Assembly (NCBI GenBank): GCA_965644265.1 | Contig: OZ286471.1 | Span: 46,748,001 to 46,812,000 of the forward strand | Length of the DNA stretch: 64,000 bases | Direction: 5' to 3' | From: Glycera tridactyla | Lineage: Eukaryota | Part shown: piece by piece, positions 62,994 through 64,000 of the stretch | How the letters are laid out: each line of letters begins with the position of its first letter | Numbering within the stretch: the first letter of the stretch is position 1 | Notes under the pieces: generated by a model | What the model was told of the DNA's origin: nothing | What the model saw: the letters and a program-made list of their open reading frames with translations, nothing else | Database searches by the model: none | Program-made: the position numbers and the translations under genes

Positions 62994-64000
62994 GTTGGTT
63001 TTCACTAGGCTCAGTCACCCTTGATAAATCAGTGCAGTTCAGGAAAGAAAATCATACACACCGTTGAACAGATTTAGCTGTTCATACTTTTATGTGTGCT
63101 TGATTTTGAGCAAAGAACATATTTCCTCTTCGCTTGAATTGAACAGACAGGTCTACGTAGCCGATGTGTAATTATTTCTGGCATGTTCAGTGTGACATGT
63201 ACCACGGCATCAATAAAGATCGGAAGGGATGCTTCAACCAGGACATTGCTAACGGAATCGTAAAATCTCCATCTGCAATTATTGACAGAGGACATCTCAC
63301 AACACAATAATGCTTATCACTCCTGTGTGCCAACAGAACAAACCTACATGATGAAGCAGTTAATTCACACCATATCAAACATATTATACGGATAATCTGC
63401 ACTGTGATCTTGGGGAACCACCAGCTTGTTCAGACCAATATACTATTGAGTATATTTCAAGAAATGCAAATGGCGTACTGTACAAATAGCAGCATACATC
63501 TAGCTAATGGAAATTGACCAAAGATTGCCAACAATGTGATCTGAAGAGGTATTGAATATAGCACAATCGTGTATACTAGGAGTCCGGGATACATTTATCA
63601 TCGTTCTTATACAATCAGACGATGAAAAAGTTAATATGAATATCCAGCTACGGTGAAATGGAGGGAAAAACTACAAATCTCAGCACATGGCATACCAACT
63701 ATCACAAATTTGCAGTAACAGCTTTCCATCACATGAAAGTCTACTCAGCCTGCATACACTGGATTTCTATACATAAGATGGGTGCGATGTTGAGCAATGA
63801 TAACAGGACATCAACAAAGCAGACATAACCTGGACATGTATCAGTGAGGATCCATTCCATGCCAAGATGCTTTTGGTTGGCTGTATTGAACACATAGTGG
63901 TGGCTATGAAATTAAGCACATATTAGCTATTCTAGAATATGTTACTTGATATATGTGACAATTCTGCTAATATCCAATATCGCATCACGAACCTCATCAT

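Noticed and set aside
378-63005. Many alternative-frame and antisense ORFs overlapping the exons
   Set aside because: These are shadow ORFs of the conserved coding frame, with inconsistent starts and stops between units.
63212-63217. AATAAA after E81 as a polyadenylation signal
   Set aside because: E81 ends in a GT donor at the standard position and would lack its closing Cys; a single AATAAA is expected by chance in AT-rich DNA.

Overview
Eukaryotic (animal-type, AT-rich) genomic DNA that lies inside one very large spliced gene on the + strand. Neither the start nor the end of the gene is in the window. It holds 81 complete internal exons (E1-E81) plus the last 24 nt of one more (E0). All are flanked by AG/GT, all are phase 1-1, and all are free of stops and frameshifts. 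Sizes are 234 bp (65 exons), 231 bp (15) and 228 bp (1), about 18.9 kb of CDS or roughly 6,300 aa if all are included. Each exon encodes xLVC, a Thr-rich linker (GxxRPTT...TTT), and a fibronectin type II-like module (C[WYF]IPTxGG...C-x-FPF-x-Y...Y-x-x-C...DN...PWCYT...DHLWGNC). After splicing, the six Cys per unit give C5-x4-C6 and C3-x10-C4 spacings, a PWCYT motif and an Asp at the kringle lysine-site position. The unit therefore looks like an FN2/kringle hybrid closed by a cross-exon disulfide, and the protein resembles an apolipoprotein(a)-like bead-on-string chain. E35-E62 alternate as an A/B two-exon higher-order repeat. Introns (about 230-1,600 bp) show no homology to each other by eye. 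They carry a few non-autonomous mobile elements and simple repeats, and one contains a 151-N gap. The species cannot be determined from the sequence.
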